Shown here in pieces: positions 39,777 through 51,649 of a DNA stretch of 64,000 nt. This DNA is from Neoechinorhynchus agilis (lineage: Eukaryota; Animalia; Acanthocephala). Location of the stretch: NCBI GenBank assembly GCA_051530055.1, contig CM121341.1:2322638-2386637 (forward strand). The letters are read 5' to 3'. The notes below the pieces were generated by a model, which worked only from the letters and a program-made list of their open reading frames with translations, was not told the DNA's origin and searched no databases. Each line of letters starts with the position of its first letter. Position 1 is the stretch's first letter. The position numbers were made by a program, and so were the translations under genes.

Positions 39777-40127
39777 TCATGGGTAGTAGCAGCAACTGCT
39801 GGCCGGAGGTCTCGGGAATCCCGGCATGCACGGAAATGGTGGGCAGCATGGTGCTGGTGGCCCACACATCGGAGGAACGCACGGTCCACATTGTGGTGGG
39901 CAGCATGGAGCTGGCGGCCCACACATTGGAGGAACGCACGGTCCACATTGTGGTGGGCAGCATGGAGCTGGCGGCATCGGACAGCATGGTTGCGATGGCA
40001 TCGAACAGCATCCATATGATCCACAAGCTTGAGGTCCACATGGCGGTCCACAATATGGAGCACATTGTGGCGTCGGAATGATGCATGGGACGTAGTACGG
40101 AGTCGAGCAAGATGAAGAACCTCCCAT
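39777..40127 (-). CDS. Small Cys/Pro/Gly-rich structural protein with an internal 60-bp duplication
   Basis: CCPPQCGPCVPPMCGPPAP repeated; TATAAAT at 40175-40169 and AATAAA near 39730-39725 on the minus strand. Confidence 0.7.
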   Translation of the reverse strand: MGGSSSCSTPYYVPCIIPTPQCAPYCGPPCGPQACGSYGCCSMPSQPCCPMPPAPCCPPQCGPCVPPMCGPPAPCCPPQCGPCVPPMCGPPAPCCPPFPCMPGFPRPPASSCCYYP

Positions 40128-40305
40128 ATCGGTAAGTGCACTGTATTTTAAAGATCTTGATCTCCTACATTTATACCCTTGAAAATGTATACAACTCCTT
40201 CATGTTTGTATGCAGGTATTAATTTTGAACACTTTGAACGTATACAATGATTATAATATTGGTGAACATACTCCCGGTCATAACCTATTTGATTTTGATT
40301 TATAA

Positions 40306-40585
40306 GGGAAATATTTCGCGAAGAGGTAACCTCGCCTCACCAGTCATTGCTTGTAAGTTTTTTTCATTCCATACACGACCGAATGGACACACGGTCCTCC
40401 GATTTTTGGTCTGGGAAGCGCTGGTCTGCGCTCAATGCCCCAAGACCGAACGGTTAATAGTTTGTACGTCCCTCCTGATTCTCAGATACCTCCAGAAGGT
40501 GGGACTAATCAGTGAGTTACCCGTTGACTCTTAACTGGGAATCAGGAGCATTAGTCCACTTGACCACCTCAGCACAACTACGGAA
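40306..40585 (-). mobile_element. SINE-like family copy: tRNA-like head, body, tail, then hammerhead motif
   Basis: Aligns with the 13.5-14.4 kb copies; ends in CTGGTGA-G-GCGAGG-tta-CCTC(ttc)GC-GAAATATTT at 40348-40306. Confidence 0.7.
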
Positions 40586-40699
40586 TGTACAAACTTCGCC
40601 AATTTAGCCTGGATAAGCTTTCCGATTTTTTAGAATTATTATTTTTTTCCATACACGGCCGAATGGAAAAAATCGGACAGCTTATCCAGGCTAAAGTGG

Positions 40700-41180
40700 C
40701 GAAGTTTGTATATTCCGGCTTCTTTTCCTCCTGATTGACTGTAGGAGGAAAAGAAGAAATTTATCGAGACACCATTCATCAGTGATAGTTGGAATTCAAA
40801 AATAGACACCCTGATCAAACGAATCGATGGGGACAAAGTGTTCACTACGTATAGTAGGAAGGGCAGGACTCTCCAAGAAATACTCCGACCGAAGAATGAG
40901 GATGTTCCTGCTGGATGTGTCTATAGATTCCATGCTCGAATTGCAGTCTGTCATATGTGGGACAAACGAACAATCTAAATAGAAGAATTGTTGAGCACAG
41001 AAGAGCAGCTATCAAAAGTCTGATGTGAGCTCGGCAATAGTTTCTCACAACAATGGCAGTGGGCATGAAATCAATTTTGATGGCGGCGAGGGTCTTGCGA
41101 GGAGTAATGTAAGACGCTACAGAATGACTATGGAAGCCATCATTATCACGCAAACGGATACTTTTGTTGGCCACAAAACT
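40700..41180 (-). mobile_element. Ty3/gypsy-like integrase relic
   Basis: H...H..PRKTLAAIKIDF..VVRNYCRAH resembles the integrase zinc-binding region; GVSINFFFSSYSQSGG resembles the GI..S.Y.PQSNG core motif. Confidence 0.45.
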
Positions 41181-41245
41181 GACTACAAACTCAGTCTCTG
41201 AGTCCCACCGGATAAACTATTTGAAAATGCTTCTTTTAAATTGTG

Positions 41246-41290
41246 GATTAACTGAAGAAGGCCAACGAAAAGGCCGAAAATTGTCAAGAA
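41246..41290 (+). ncRNA. Degenerate hammerhead ribozyme motif
   Basis: CTGAAGA-A-GGCC-aacgaaaa-GGCC-GAAA-ATTGTC; stems I and III imperfect. Confidence 0.45.
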
Positions 41291-42012
41291 AAATCAATTT
41301 TCTTAATCAAAGATCGCTAATTGAAACTGAAACTATAATGAATAATTTCTTTGCAATATTTTTTCTGACGAAAATAGATGAAATTTCACCACTCGGTGAT
41401 TCTAGATAATAGTAAACAATCACAAAAAATTCAAATATTCTTTTTTCAAATGTTTTCATAATATTACGATGCAAATTCGAACCCCTAAAAACGCCGATAT
41501 TTTTCGTAAAAAAACAAACAAATTTAGACAGTGGAAATACAATCAGAGAAATTCGATTTTGCTTAATGAAATAAATATTAACGGTAAAAATCAATTTTTG
41601 CATGACCGTTACGCATTTGTTCTCTACACCACACTCCCCAATCAACTCTAATATAGTACAAATGTTTTTTCTTATATGGCAATCATAAACCAATAGTGCT
41701 AGAAGCGATGTTTTTCGTGATGAAAATTTGATTTCATTAAGACGAAAAAGAAAAAACTGGGACTTGATTGATGGAATTAAGATTAGAAGTAGAACACTTT
41801 TTGATTCGTTGTGTTACTAGCCATGAAAATAATGGATTTTTTATAGCCGTCAGTGTTCTCTGATTTTTTGCAAATGTTTTTTCTTATATGGCAATCATAA
41901 ACCAATAGTGCTAGAAGCGATGTTTTTTCTAGGACAGAATAAAAGATTGGATGTAATTGTTCGAATAGAGAATAAATGTTAGGTCTCCACTTGCGGTAAA
42001 TGATTATTTGGA

Positions 42013-42056
42013 TTAAAGACGTTTCGAACCTCGTCGGGCTCATCATCAGTTCTAAA
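42013..42056 (-). ncRNA. Minimal type I hammerhead ribozyme (Penelope-type)
   Basis: Minus strand: TAGAA-CTGATGA-T-GAGCC-cgacga-GGTTC-GAAA-CG-TC-TTTAA; palindromic ACGT stem III and a GUC cleavage triplet. Confidence 0.8.
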
Positions 42057-42670
42057 ATGCAAGTGGATAAGTAATTATTTCCCTCTCACACGCGCTTATG
42101 GCAGATTTTGTTGTTTCATTTTTTAGATGTTAAGACAGAGTTTGTAAGCTCGTTAGACATTCATGAAATAAATAATCATTCACCGCTGGTGTAGACTTCT
42201 AAACAATAATTCTAATCACATTTCCTGGTACCTCACATATCGACATTTTAATAAGCATAAGACCCGTTTCGATTATTTTTTATTAAATACAAATGAAACA
42301 ACTGGATTTCTTTGTGATTTTCTGCTTCGTGGCCGTAATCACATGGAAGTTCATTGTTGTTTATTATTTTAAATCAACAAAATTTCTCCTAGATTTATAT
42401 TTATTTTCTGCCAGTTCTGCGAGGTTGCAACCCACATGTGTGTTGATCCATGCAGAATTCGTAACCGTTTCGCGACGCACAATGCGCACTCAATAGCTCT
42501 CGTGCTTTCCTTGCAAATGGCAGAATACGAGATGGAGCACATGTAAACGAGGGAAAGTGAATTCGGATAAAGGAACGACGAATAGCAGGAGATGGCGACT
42601 TTAAACCAAGCTAAGGTTGGTGGTAATCATCTCAAAAATCATAAAATCTGTAAAAGTTCTTTAGATAGGA

Positions 42671-43330
42671 ATGTGTGGGAGATGTATATTGAACTTAGTT
42701 CTCTGGATTACCAGTGCATGCTTTTTTGTACTCGGAATGACGTTCATGGTAGCTGGTTGTGTGCTCAGGAGTTCAAAAGGTCGTTGGGTAATGATCGGCG
42801 TACTGAGACACGTGAGTGTTATTGTTGACGGCCTTCATGGTGAAGATTTCGCTTCTCTTCCGGACGTGTCCAAACCTACTTTTGTTTTATCCGGTATTTT
42901 CTTCATTTTCGCCATACTCGGATTGCTTTCAAGCTCCTGTGGATCTAGACGAATTGGTTACGTTTATGCTACAGCACTATTAATTGCGTTGATTTGCCAA
43001 TCTACGCTTGTGATGATTTATCTTATTAGCGCTAATACATTCGAGTCAATCATAACACATATTCTTCAATCTTATGCTGATCAGAATCAGAAAGCATTTC
43101 GATCTATGGTAATTAATATGGAGATCGGAGATTGGTGCTGCAGTTGGAAGTCAGGAAACAAAACCGTTGATGGTTGTGAATTAATGTTGAGATGGTGCGC
43201 CGTTAAGATTATTGAGATATTCAAGCGAAACTCACGAGTACCTACTATTTTTACCACTTTCATTTATATTCTGCAAGTGTTCGCAATGTCCGGTGCTGTT
43301 GCTAATGGTTGCGTTAGATATAGGCGTTAA
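42671..43330 (+). CDS. Tetraspanin-family membrane protein
   Basis: Four hydrophobic segments, ILGLLSSSCGSRR cytoplasmic loop, WCC...GC in a short large extracellular loop. Confidence 0.75.
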   Translation: MCGRCILNLVLWITSACFFVLGMTFMVAGCVLRSSKGRWVMIGVLRHVSVIVDGLHGEDFASLPDVSKPTFVLSGIFFIFAILGLLSSSCGSRRIGYVYATALLIALICQSTLVMIYLISANTFESIITHILQSYADQNQKAFRSMVINMEIGDWCCSWKSGNKTVDGCELMLRWCAVKIIEIFKRNSRVPTIFTTFIYILQVFAMSGAVANGCVRYRR

Positions 43331-43690
43331 TAAAAAAATACAATTTTTGTAATTTTTGAAGATGACTTCTTGAATGAGTGCGACCCAATTTTTTGTTGAT
43401 TTCTAGAATTTGTCGATTTTCATTCACATTTTTGTGAATAAATGATTTACAAAGTTAATATCACTTGTCATAAATAACGTAACTCCCGACTTTTCTTCTA
43501 CTTTAGTATCTTGAAAATCTGATGAGATGCGGCACTCATGGGAAAATCCAAAAAGTTGTGTCAGACTTTTGCTAAAGTAGCTTGAAAAGAGACGCAAAGA
43601 TGTCAACTCTGATTTTAAGTAATACTCGTTTCTAATGAAACATTTATGACTATCCCTTTCCTAGCATTTTCAAATTAATGTCATATATCA

Positions 43691-44400
43691 TTGTTTCTCA
43701 AAACAGCAACACATAGCGGCCATCGCAAGAAGAAGGAAACCACAAGCATCTCCCTCAAATACACCGGCTTTCGCCACATAAGTAACACAGCGACCAGAAA
43801 ACTGAGGCGTCTCAACTACATCGCTCCAAATCTTTTGATTTACAACAAACGGGGCGCATCCATTGCGGGTATTCTCAAGAGGAAAGCCAAACAAGAGACC
43901 AAATCAGGGATCTACAAAATTCCATGTGCGGAATAACTATGCAAGGGATCAAGAAACGGATTTTGCAGCATAAACAGGCTTGCAGGACATTCGACAAATC
44001 CTCAGCAATCTCGAACCACTAGCAAACAATCCAGCACAAGGTGGATTTTGAAAAGGCGAGATTCATAACCAGCGAACCGGATCAGATAAGAAGACTGATT
44101 CTTTAGGCCATTCACATCCGGAGAAGTCCAGCGACGGAATGCAACAAATCAAACCACACACTGGTGCTACCAAAGTTGCGTAGCATGACGAACAAATTAG
44201 TCGGCAACAAACCGCAAGAGGTGTGTGCGGATCGAACGCCCCACACTTCTGGTATTAGCAAACCCGCGGATCTGAGCTACATCCAAACGTGACCGGCTGT
44301 GCATGCTGTTTATATTGTCTCCATTTTAGATAGAGACTGAAGAGGCAAGGAAAACCTTGCGAAATATTTCTCAAATAAATGAGTAACGACAACACCGGGG
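43691..44400 (+). mobile_element. Penelope-like element 3' part: GIY-YIG endonuclease relic plus terminal region
   Basis: KSGIYKIPC, RILQHKQAC..SSAISNH..HKVDFEKARFI..RRLIL*AIHI; hammerhead directly downstream. Confidence 0.85.
44333..44372 (+). ncRNA. Minimal type I hammerhead ribozyme in the Penelope-like terminal region
   Basis: GAGA-CTGAAGA-G-GCAAGG-aaaa-CCTTGC-GAAA-TAT-T-TCTC; stem I GAGA/TCTC; AATAAA follows. Confidence 0.8.
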
Positions 44401-44484
44401 ACAGGACACGCCAATTACTTCACACCTGTATTTAAACAGTTACAGAACCTTTATTTTGGCAATGAAGTTTTAATGAATTTTTCA

Positions 44485-45091
44485 TTAATCTTTTATTTCA
44501 AATTTGTCGAATAGATAAAGACCAAGTCCTTGACCGACTCGTTTAATGTTCGTCAATTTCTGTGATATTTCATAGATTTCATCGTTCTAAATCAGGATGA
44601 ATATTTTCGCTTATAAAATTATTATCTTAACATTTTACCTGGTGTTTGAAAAACCAATCGAGCATATCAAGTAAATGATTATCGTGGTTTTTCTCAGCCT
44701 GGGCAGCCAACTCCTTAATACAAACGAATAAATCTTGTTCCATTTTTAGATGATATTCCATTACATCCACAGCTGAATTCCATGGTTCCTTTCGATCAAG
44801 GTTTAAATCTTCATAGAGAACCTTCGCACCTCGCGTTAGTTGGAATTTTATAAATTCATCAGCATGCTGTTTTTCACCGTCGGACTCCTCTTCGAAATAT
44901 TTAGCCAAATTCGGTAAGGCTACATCGTGTTGTTTAAAATAAGTAGCCATTTGCATGTACTGGTACCATGCTTTTAGTTCGAGATTAATTTGCCTATTTA
45001 CCAGTCGCTCGCATTCTGTACTGTAGTCGCAACGAATATCGGAGTTGGTCTGAATAGCAACCATTAGATGTTCGAGAAAAGATAGCAGCAT
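44485..45091 (-). CDS. Ferritin, 2 exons (start may be the ATG at 45064)
   Basis: ERLVNRQINLELKAWYQYMQMATYF, EEESDGEKQHA; CAG|GTAAAA...TTTAG|AAC intron gives NDEIYEISQKLTNIKRVGQGLGLYLFDK. Confidence 0.93.
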
Positions 45092-46399
45092 GAGGGAGAT
45101 TTTATATCTTTACTAAAGTTCATCGAGTTCATTGTTTTTAAAATTGAGAGCAAAGGTGAGCCGACTCAAGTCTGTAACAGAGACAATGATATTTTTCGTG
45201 AAATAAAAAGCAGGGTGAAAATAAAAGTCTAGACGTCGAAGAATACAAAGTGGCCACTTTGATCGATTATTGAAAACATTAGGCAAAAGCTTTAAAAATC
45301 ATTTATGAAAAAAATCCGCGACCTTCTCAAATCTGGAAATAGTAAGAAGATTGCGGAAATAAATATAAGAACTTTTTTAGGTTAACAATTGAAATCGACG
45401 AATCTGTTAAACGTCACTTTTTACTATCCTTAACAGACAATTTTTTAGGACAGATAAGAAGTTTAAACATAGATTTGGGTTTAATACTTACATTTAACTT
45501 CCAGCTTTATGATATAATCAAAATTATTACTGTTTATTCCAAACTTTGTCCTAATCGTTTTTAACTTACGCTGCCAGATAGTTGATTTTGGTTTAAAAAT
45601 GATTTTTGTTTTGCGCCAATAAATGTTCGACTATCTCGACGATTATTTTTTATTGCGTGAATATCGAGCGTCTATCATAGAACAATCGCTTAAGCACTCG
45701 CAACTTTAACGCTCATTTTAAACCTTTGCAGTGCTTCGGTTATAAATAATGGTTTTTATTAATTTATGATTGCACTACTACACTTTTATCGGAAGTTGCG
45801 TTCGAAATGATCATCAAAAATGATCTAGGTTGTATCCGGATACTACAAATTATTGATTAATTTCACTTTCGAAAACCGGAGCTCATTCTTGAGGTAACAA
45901 TCGGGCGATTGAACGTAGAACCTAATATGTATTGCGGGAATCTCTTCACCGAAATGCAGCCATTGTTTTAAAATTTGATAAAATCACTCATGCTTGAAAT
46001 TCCAGATTTATAGACAAGAAGCGAGAAGAGATATTCTCTTGTTAAATTCTTAAGTTTAAATTGGAAAATTTTCCCATTCAATGTGGTTGGACCTGAGCGT
46101 TACATTTGTCTGTTGTAAAGAACAAAATTTAATCTGGTATTATATTTATTTGGGAACTTATATTTTAGCAATAGAGAATTTGCATGGAAAATCTCATTGC
46201 GTATCAAAATACTTTATCGCCTATTGAACACTTAAACAACGCTAAAACTAAGATCAAAACGACGAACAAGATCACTTCGTTGTACGCGGGTAGGTATTCG
46301 CTCTTATCGATGTCTTTTTTGGCCTACTGTCTTGATTTCGTGATTTCAACGACTCCATCCACTATGAAATATCGAGTTCTATTAGAGGCCACGATAACG

Positions 46400-46820
46400 A
46401 TGCTGATGCACGTCAACTCGAACCCACCATTAGCAAAAAATTGAAGGTGCTTATACTCGGATTTCTCTCTTTGAGATAATCAATCCTTTGAAATCCAAAG
46501 AAAAAAATAAAGAGAAGTGGAGACAGCACAGCACTTTGAGGTACGCCTTTGGTGAGGGATAGCCTGATAGAACATTTGGAACGGCAGTGAATGTATTGTT
46601 TTGTGAAGATAAGATCCGAACCAGCGGATATGCCACAAGTTGAGACCAAAATCGAAGCAGGCTCGGAGAAGCAGTGAATGGTCCACTGAGTCGAATGCTT
46701 TCGATAAATTCGGTTGAATGAGGCGGGTGACATGGGAGGGATAATTGTCGAGGTTTCGTAGGAGTGTGTCATAAATGCAAAGTAGGGCATCGGTTATCGA
46801 ATTCATCACATGGTGCACTT
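46400..46820 (-). mobile_element. CR1/L2-like reverse transcriptase relic
   Basis: LSKAFDSVDHSLLL, WFGSYL, GVPQSAVLSPLLF. Confidence 0.85.
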
Positions 46821-46899
46821 CTAAAAAAGCTTCAAAATTAAATGGGGAAATATATGATCAAATCGACGGAGTTGTGTCGGGTCTTCCTTAAGACTCGCA

Positions 46900-47560
46900 T
46901 TAGCCGATTTCTACATGTCTAATTAGGAGAATTAAGTGTACAGTGCAACTTCGACAATTCCCAAGAAATTTATTAGGACCTCCAACCGCGACCCATCAGG
47001 GATTACCCCATTTTAAAGCTCCTTCAAAAGCAAACATCTAAGGCCCATCGCATTAACTTTCCAGACTTTCCCTAATTTACATCGCCCGTAAAAACTTCCT
47101 TTCCTCTAAAATTCATTCAGGTTGCAAATCAACATGGTGGCGGACCGTGTTAAGGACTTTCTTAGTCTACGCCACCCTGATCCATTTCCTAATTTGACCT
47201 CTTCTAAATTTAAACAAGTTCTAGAATCCATCAATCGGAACCTCTGCCTTGACTGAAATTACACTCTCTGCCCCACATCAACACCCCACCTCTTCCTTTC
47301 CTTAACCTCTAAAGAAATCACACACATAAAAGATTTCTGCACCAATCACAAACTCCACTTGAACTTCTCTAAATGCTTCGAAATATCTCCTCAATCTGCA
47401 GCAGCCCCATATCCTACCCCGATCTTTCGAATGACATTCAGCGAATTACCCTCGGTCAGAATTCTGGATCTCCAATTTCAACCAAATCGGAAATGGGACA
47501 ACACCTTCAAAATTTATCTTTCCAAAAGAGTTGTGGAGTATTATTTTATTTTTGAGTTTG
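46900..47560 (+). mobile_element. CR1/L2-like relic; related copy at about 54880-55260
   Basis: Block GATTTCTGCACCAATCACAAACTCCACTTGAACTTCTCTAAATGCTTCGAAAT is shared with 55030-55085. Confidence 0.55.
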
Positions 47561-47587
47561 TCAGTATTGTTGTCAAAACATTTTGGG

Positions 47588-47594
47588 TATAAAA
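47588..47594 (+). promoter_or_regulatory. TATA box of the secreted-protein gene
   Basis: TATAAAA about 60 nt upstream of ATG 47650. Confidence 0.55.
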
Positions 47595-47649
47595 GGAGGC
47601 GATACACCGTTCGAAAGTCAAACTTCTCTCTCTCCATCGAACCTTAAAA

Positions 47650-48246
47650 ATGATCGCTCTTCTCTTCTTGATTGCTTTCACTTCAGTTGATTGCCGTAGT
47701 AACCGTCAAGAAATCGAGATTTCAAACGAAGATGGAAACCGAATTGCTGATGAGAAAAGCCATGGACGAAACTTGACTTCGCCTGAGCCCGCTGTTAATG
47801 GTGTTCTAAATGTGCTGGTAGGCTACGAAAACCGGACGCTCATTGGAAATGGCCGTTTGAGGATTAACACCAAACGAAATGCACTTAAAGAAATAAATGA
47901 AAAACCGATTGTAGTGGTCTTTCACGAAGACAAAACTTTGGATGGTATTGAGGAACAAGGAAAAATATTTGAGGAGATGAAGAATATCACCCAACAGGAA
48001 AAGTACAACAGCACGATTCTTGTAATGAAATACGAAGATCTAAGCGACGGGTATAAGGCGAAAATTCCAAAATCAGTAACTATAATGGCTTACGTGAAAT
48101 CTTCAAATACTCTTCGGTTACAAAATGATTTTTCACAATATAATAAGACGGAATTTGAGAAAGCACTTGGCATTTTACACGATTGTTATGTTAGAGGACA
48201 TCTCAATGACAGTTGGGAGGTTTCTCCTTGGAAAAAGGCCAATTAG
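47650..48246 (+). CDS. Uncharacterised secreted protein, 198 aa
   Basis: Signal peptide MIALLFLIAFTSVDC, several NxT/S sequons, TATA upstream, intronless ORF. Confidence 0.75.
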   Translation: MIALLFLIAFTSVDCRSNRQEIEISNEDGNRIADEKSHGRNLTSPEPAVNGVLNVLVGYENRTLIGNGRLRINTKRNALKEINEKPIVVVFHEDKTLDGIEEQGKIFEEMKNITQQEKYNSTILVMKYEDLSDGYKAKIPKSVTIMAYVKSSNTLRLQNDFSQYNKTEFEKALGILHDCYVRGHLNDSWEVSPWKKAN

Positions 48247-49221
48247 TTTCGATGGTTGTATCCGTCGCTAGTAAAAAATAAATAGTTTGGCATTCATTTC
48301 GGTTTAAAGTTAATTGGATGGGAAAATGATCACGAACACATCTTTCAAAAGTTCTCAAAGAAGCATAAATCTTTACTGTTCTAAATTTAAATTCAATCAA
48401 CGCTTTTCGTATGAGCCTCGAAGTTATCGAAAATGAACAATAAGTAACAATTTGTTAAATTGCTTAATTTTTATGGGTTTTAAGGATGAACGAAAAGGAA
48501 CAAAATACTGAAATTCCAATAATTTATATCAACACAAAAAAATCCCAAAAAGACGCGATAAATCGCATTGATTACAAAATTTATTTTATAATTTCGATAC
48601 GAATTTTAGAGCACACCCAACAAACCCAAAACTCCTTAAAGTAAAAAATAATGTTTATATATCGGGAATTTTTTCTCAATAAAAAAGTTCATCGTCTTTT
48701 TTAGATATTTTTCGATGGAACATCCATGCGCCCGTTTTTTCTTTTGAAAGCGAAGGAGCAAAATTCTAAAATACCACTGCTTTGGTTCTAAAATCTGTGC
48801 AATTGCAGATTTGTTCTTTACGTCGATAAACAATTCGAAAAGTGGATTCTCCGATGCATTCTCAAAAGCAACCCTTTCGCTTATTTGTAGTCTTCTAAAT
48901 CACGACCCCGATCGATAAAGATCGTCAAATTTTATTGTTCGACTCTTTACGTACGCTAGTTGAGAACTTTATTAAACGTTCCTTTGATGACCTCAACGAT
49001 AAACTCATTCAACATCTAAGTTTTTTTACAAAGAACTTTCCAATTAGACGACAAGAAATTTACGAAAAAGCAAAACTGAAGCTGCAATTTGAAAGGACTG
49101 TCCGCACTTTGTCTGATGGCATTGTTAGTGGTTTGCTAGCTATATAGAAAAACGAAATTCCACGGACCTTGACAGATCTGTTTAAGTTCCTATTTCAATT
49201 ATTCGAACGTGGCGACCGATA

Positions 49222-50080
49222 ACCGTTGCGTCATTCGTCTTCTCGTGAATGTCACGACGAATACGTGATTGAGACATTTTATTCGCTAAAGTTGTCGTTG
49301 TTTAGGCGTCTTGGCGTATACGAATTAGCGGTTTACGATTATTTCTCGTTGTTTGTTTCTTTGCTTTCTTGTTCAATGTTCCTGTGAAATTCGGAATTAC
49401 TAATCCGTATATCGACGATGTCCACAATTTTAGAAGGGATGAATACTGCGCGCAACTTAATCGGTTTCAATGGTTGCGTCATTAGTCTTCTCGTGAATAG
49501 CACGACGAATACGTGATTGAGACATTTTAATCGCTAAAGTCGTCGTTGTTTAGGCGTCTTGGCGTATACGAATTAGCGTTTACGATTATTTCTCATTATT
49601 GTATCTTTGCTTTCTTGTTCAATGTTCCTGTGAAATTCGGGATTACTTATCCGAATATCGACGATGTCCGTTATTTTAGAAGGGATGAATACTGCGCGCA
49701 ACTTAATCGGTTTCAATGGTTGCGTCATTAGTCTTCTCGTGAATGTCACGACGAATACGCGATTGAGATATTTTATTCGCTAAAGTTGCCGTTGTTTAGG
49801 CGCTTTAGCGTATGCGAATTTGCGGTTTACGATTATTTCTCGTTGTTTGTTTCTTTGCTTTCTTGTTCAATGTTCCTGTGAAATTCGGAATTACTAATCC
49901 GAGTATCGACGATGTCCACTATTTTAGAAGGGATGAACACTCCGCGCAACTTAATCGGTTTCAATGGTTGCGTCATTAGTCTTCTCGTGAATGTCACGAC
50001 GAATACGCGATTGAGACATTTTATTCGCTAAAGTTGCCGTTGTTTAGGTGTCTTGGCGTATACGAATTTGCGCTTTTCGG
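49222..50080. repeat. About 3.5 tandem copies of a ~247-bp unit
   Basis: GTTGCGTCATTAGTCTTCTCGTGAAT near 49225, 49470, 49718 and 49966. Confidence 0.93.
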
Positions 50081-50842
50081 TCATTTGGCAACTAATCAAC
50101 TGGAACTCCCTCGATTTGCAATAAACATTCTTAGAAATTAGAAAATATCGATGAAGGTTTCGATCAACGGAACTCTGTCGAGTTCATCGTTAGCCGTCTC
50201 AGTTCACAGGATTCGTACCGATATTCAGATCCAATTGCAAACCATAAATCCATGCGGTCCATGGCAAAGATTTAATTTGAGACAATGGTAAGAATTGACT
50301 GTTTCAGCGGTCGCCGGAGTCTTAATTTGTCGGTGTTGGCCGTTTTTTTAGCCTTCGCTAATTCAAGATCACATTTTTGGACTTTCAGCGATGATCTTTT
50401 AGTCTACTAATGTTCAGGATTCGTAACCGACTTGTCCTGCAGCTGCAACGGCGAATTGCTTCGAAATCCCAACCGAAATTTCTCGGCTTAGCAGCCTCAA
50501 ACTTTAGCGTTTCTCACTGTTGAGAAGCGGTGTTTAATTTCTTATTTTTATTTTTTAATGTGCTATTTACCTTGGAATATTGAGCAGTCCAAATAAAGAT
50601 GTTTGTTTATTTTATACTTCAAAAAACTCCGATATAAACTGGAGATCGGAATTATCGACTAGCCACACATAAAAGAGATCCAATTTTATGTTTCCAAAAG
50701 ATTCTTAACGTGATTAATAACTCGGAAGGGCGTGATATTTTGTGGTGGTCGTATAATCATTATTGTGTTTTTGCATTTATGCACTAACTTCTTTTGGTTT
50801 TGAGATTCGTTTTGAACAGTTCAAAAAGCTCTGCTATTTCAG

Positions 50843-51649
50843 ATGCCTAATTTTGTTGGTAAACAACGTCGAAGGCGCTCAAAATCTTGGCTTCCCATGT
50901 ATATAAGAAGTCAAGTGCGCCGGCTTATTAATCGGCAGAAGAGCCTGTTGGCTGCTAGGAGTAAAATGATTCCATTTGGATTTGAGTATTCGGGTCTTAC
51001 GTTCGGCTTACGATTGGTAAGTTTTAATTTACTTGTTTACAATAGGGATCGATTTGGTCTTGAATCGGAGACCATTGTTATGCAAAGCGTTGCGCCACGT
51101 TTATCGAGGATAAATAGGATTCTTCGAGACGAATTAATATTTCCGAGACCTACAAGGACCCCATTTATGCGGACATCCCAATGTCTTGAGAGAATTCTAA
51201 TTCCTGAGGCGGTCATAGAAAAGTCATGTTCAATAAAGCGGAATTTAGAAGATTCACAAGTTGAAGGAAATTTGCAGGAGACGAAAGCTGAATCAAAGGT
51301 GTTTTTTTCCCGAAAACGGAGAAAAATCAACACGAACGCTACGAACAACAGTGTTATTTTCAATACAATGTCATCCGATTTTAATATCGCTTACCTTGAA
51401 CAACTTGGTAAAGTGGGTAATGCGCCGCCAATCAAATGGGCTGTATACCATCAAGAACAACAAGAAGCCGTGACTTCTGATTTCAGCCAATTCGCGGTTC
51501 CTACAAAACTGGAAGTTGTTGCCAATTTTGCGTCGAATTCACAGGCTTACAAATTTAAGCAAATGCTTAGAAGTACGGGAATCGATGAGTGTGCAAGGCT
51601 CAGTAGATGGAGACGTAGAGACGACGATGCATATAAAGCAAATCAGTGA
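50843..51649 (+). CDS. Uncharacterised 268-aa basic protein
   Basis: Long ORF in AT-rich DNA, TTTCAG directly before ATG, basic NLS-like stretches. Confidence 0.65.
   Translation: MPNFVGKQRRRRSKSWLPMYIRSQVRRLINRQKSLLAARSKMIPFGFEYSGLTFGLRLVSFNLLVYNRDRFGLESETIVMQSVAPRLSRINRILRDELIFPRPTRTPFMRTSQCLERILIPEAVIEKSCSIKRNLEDSQVEGNLQETKAESKVFFSRKRRKINTNATNNSVIFNTMSSDFNIAYLEQLGKVGNAPPIKWAVYHQEQQEAVTSDFSQFAVPTKLEVVANFASNSQAYKFKQMLRSTGIDECARLSRWRRRDDDAYKANQ

Noticed and set aside
45091-45250. Iron-responsive element upstream of ferritin
   Set aside because: No CAGUGN-loop hairpin seen.
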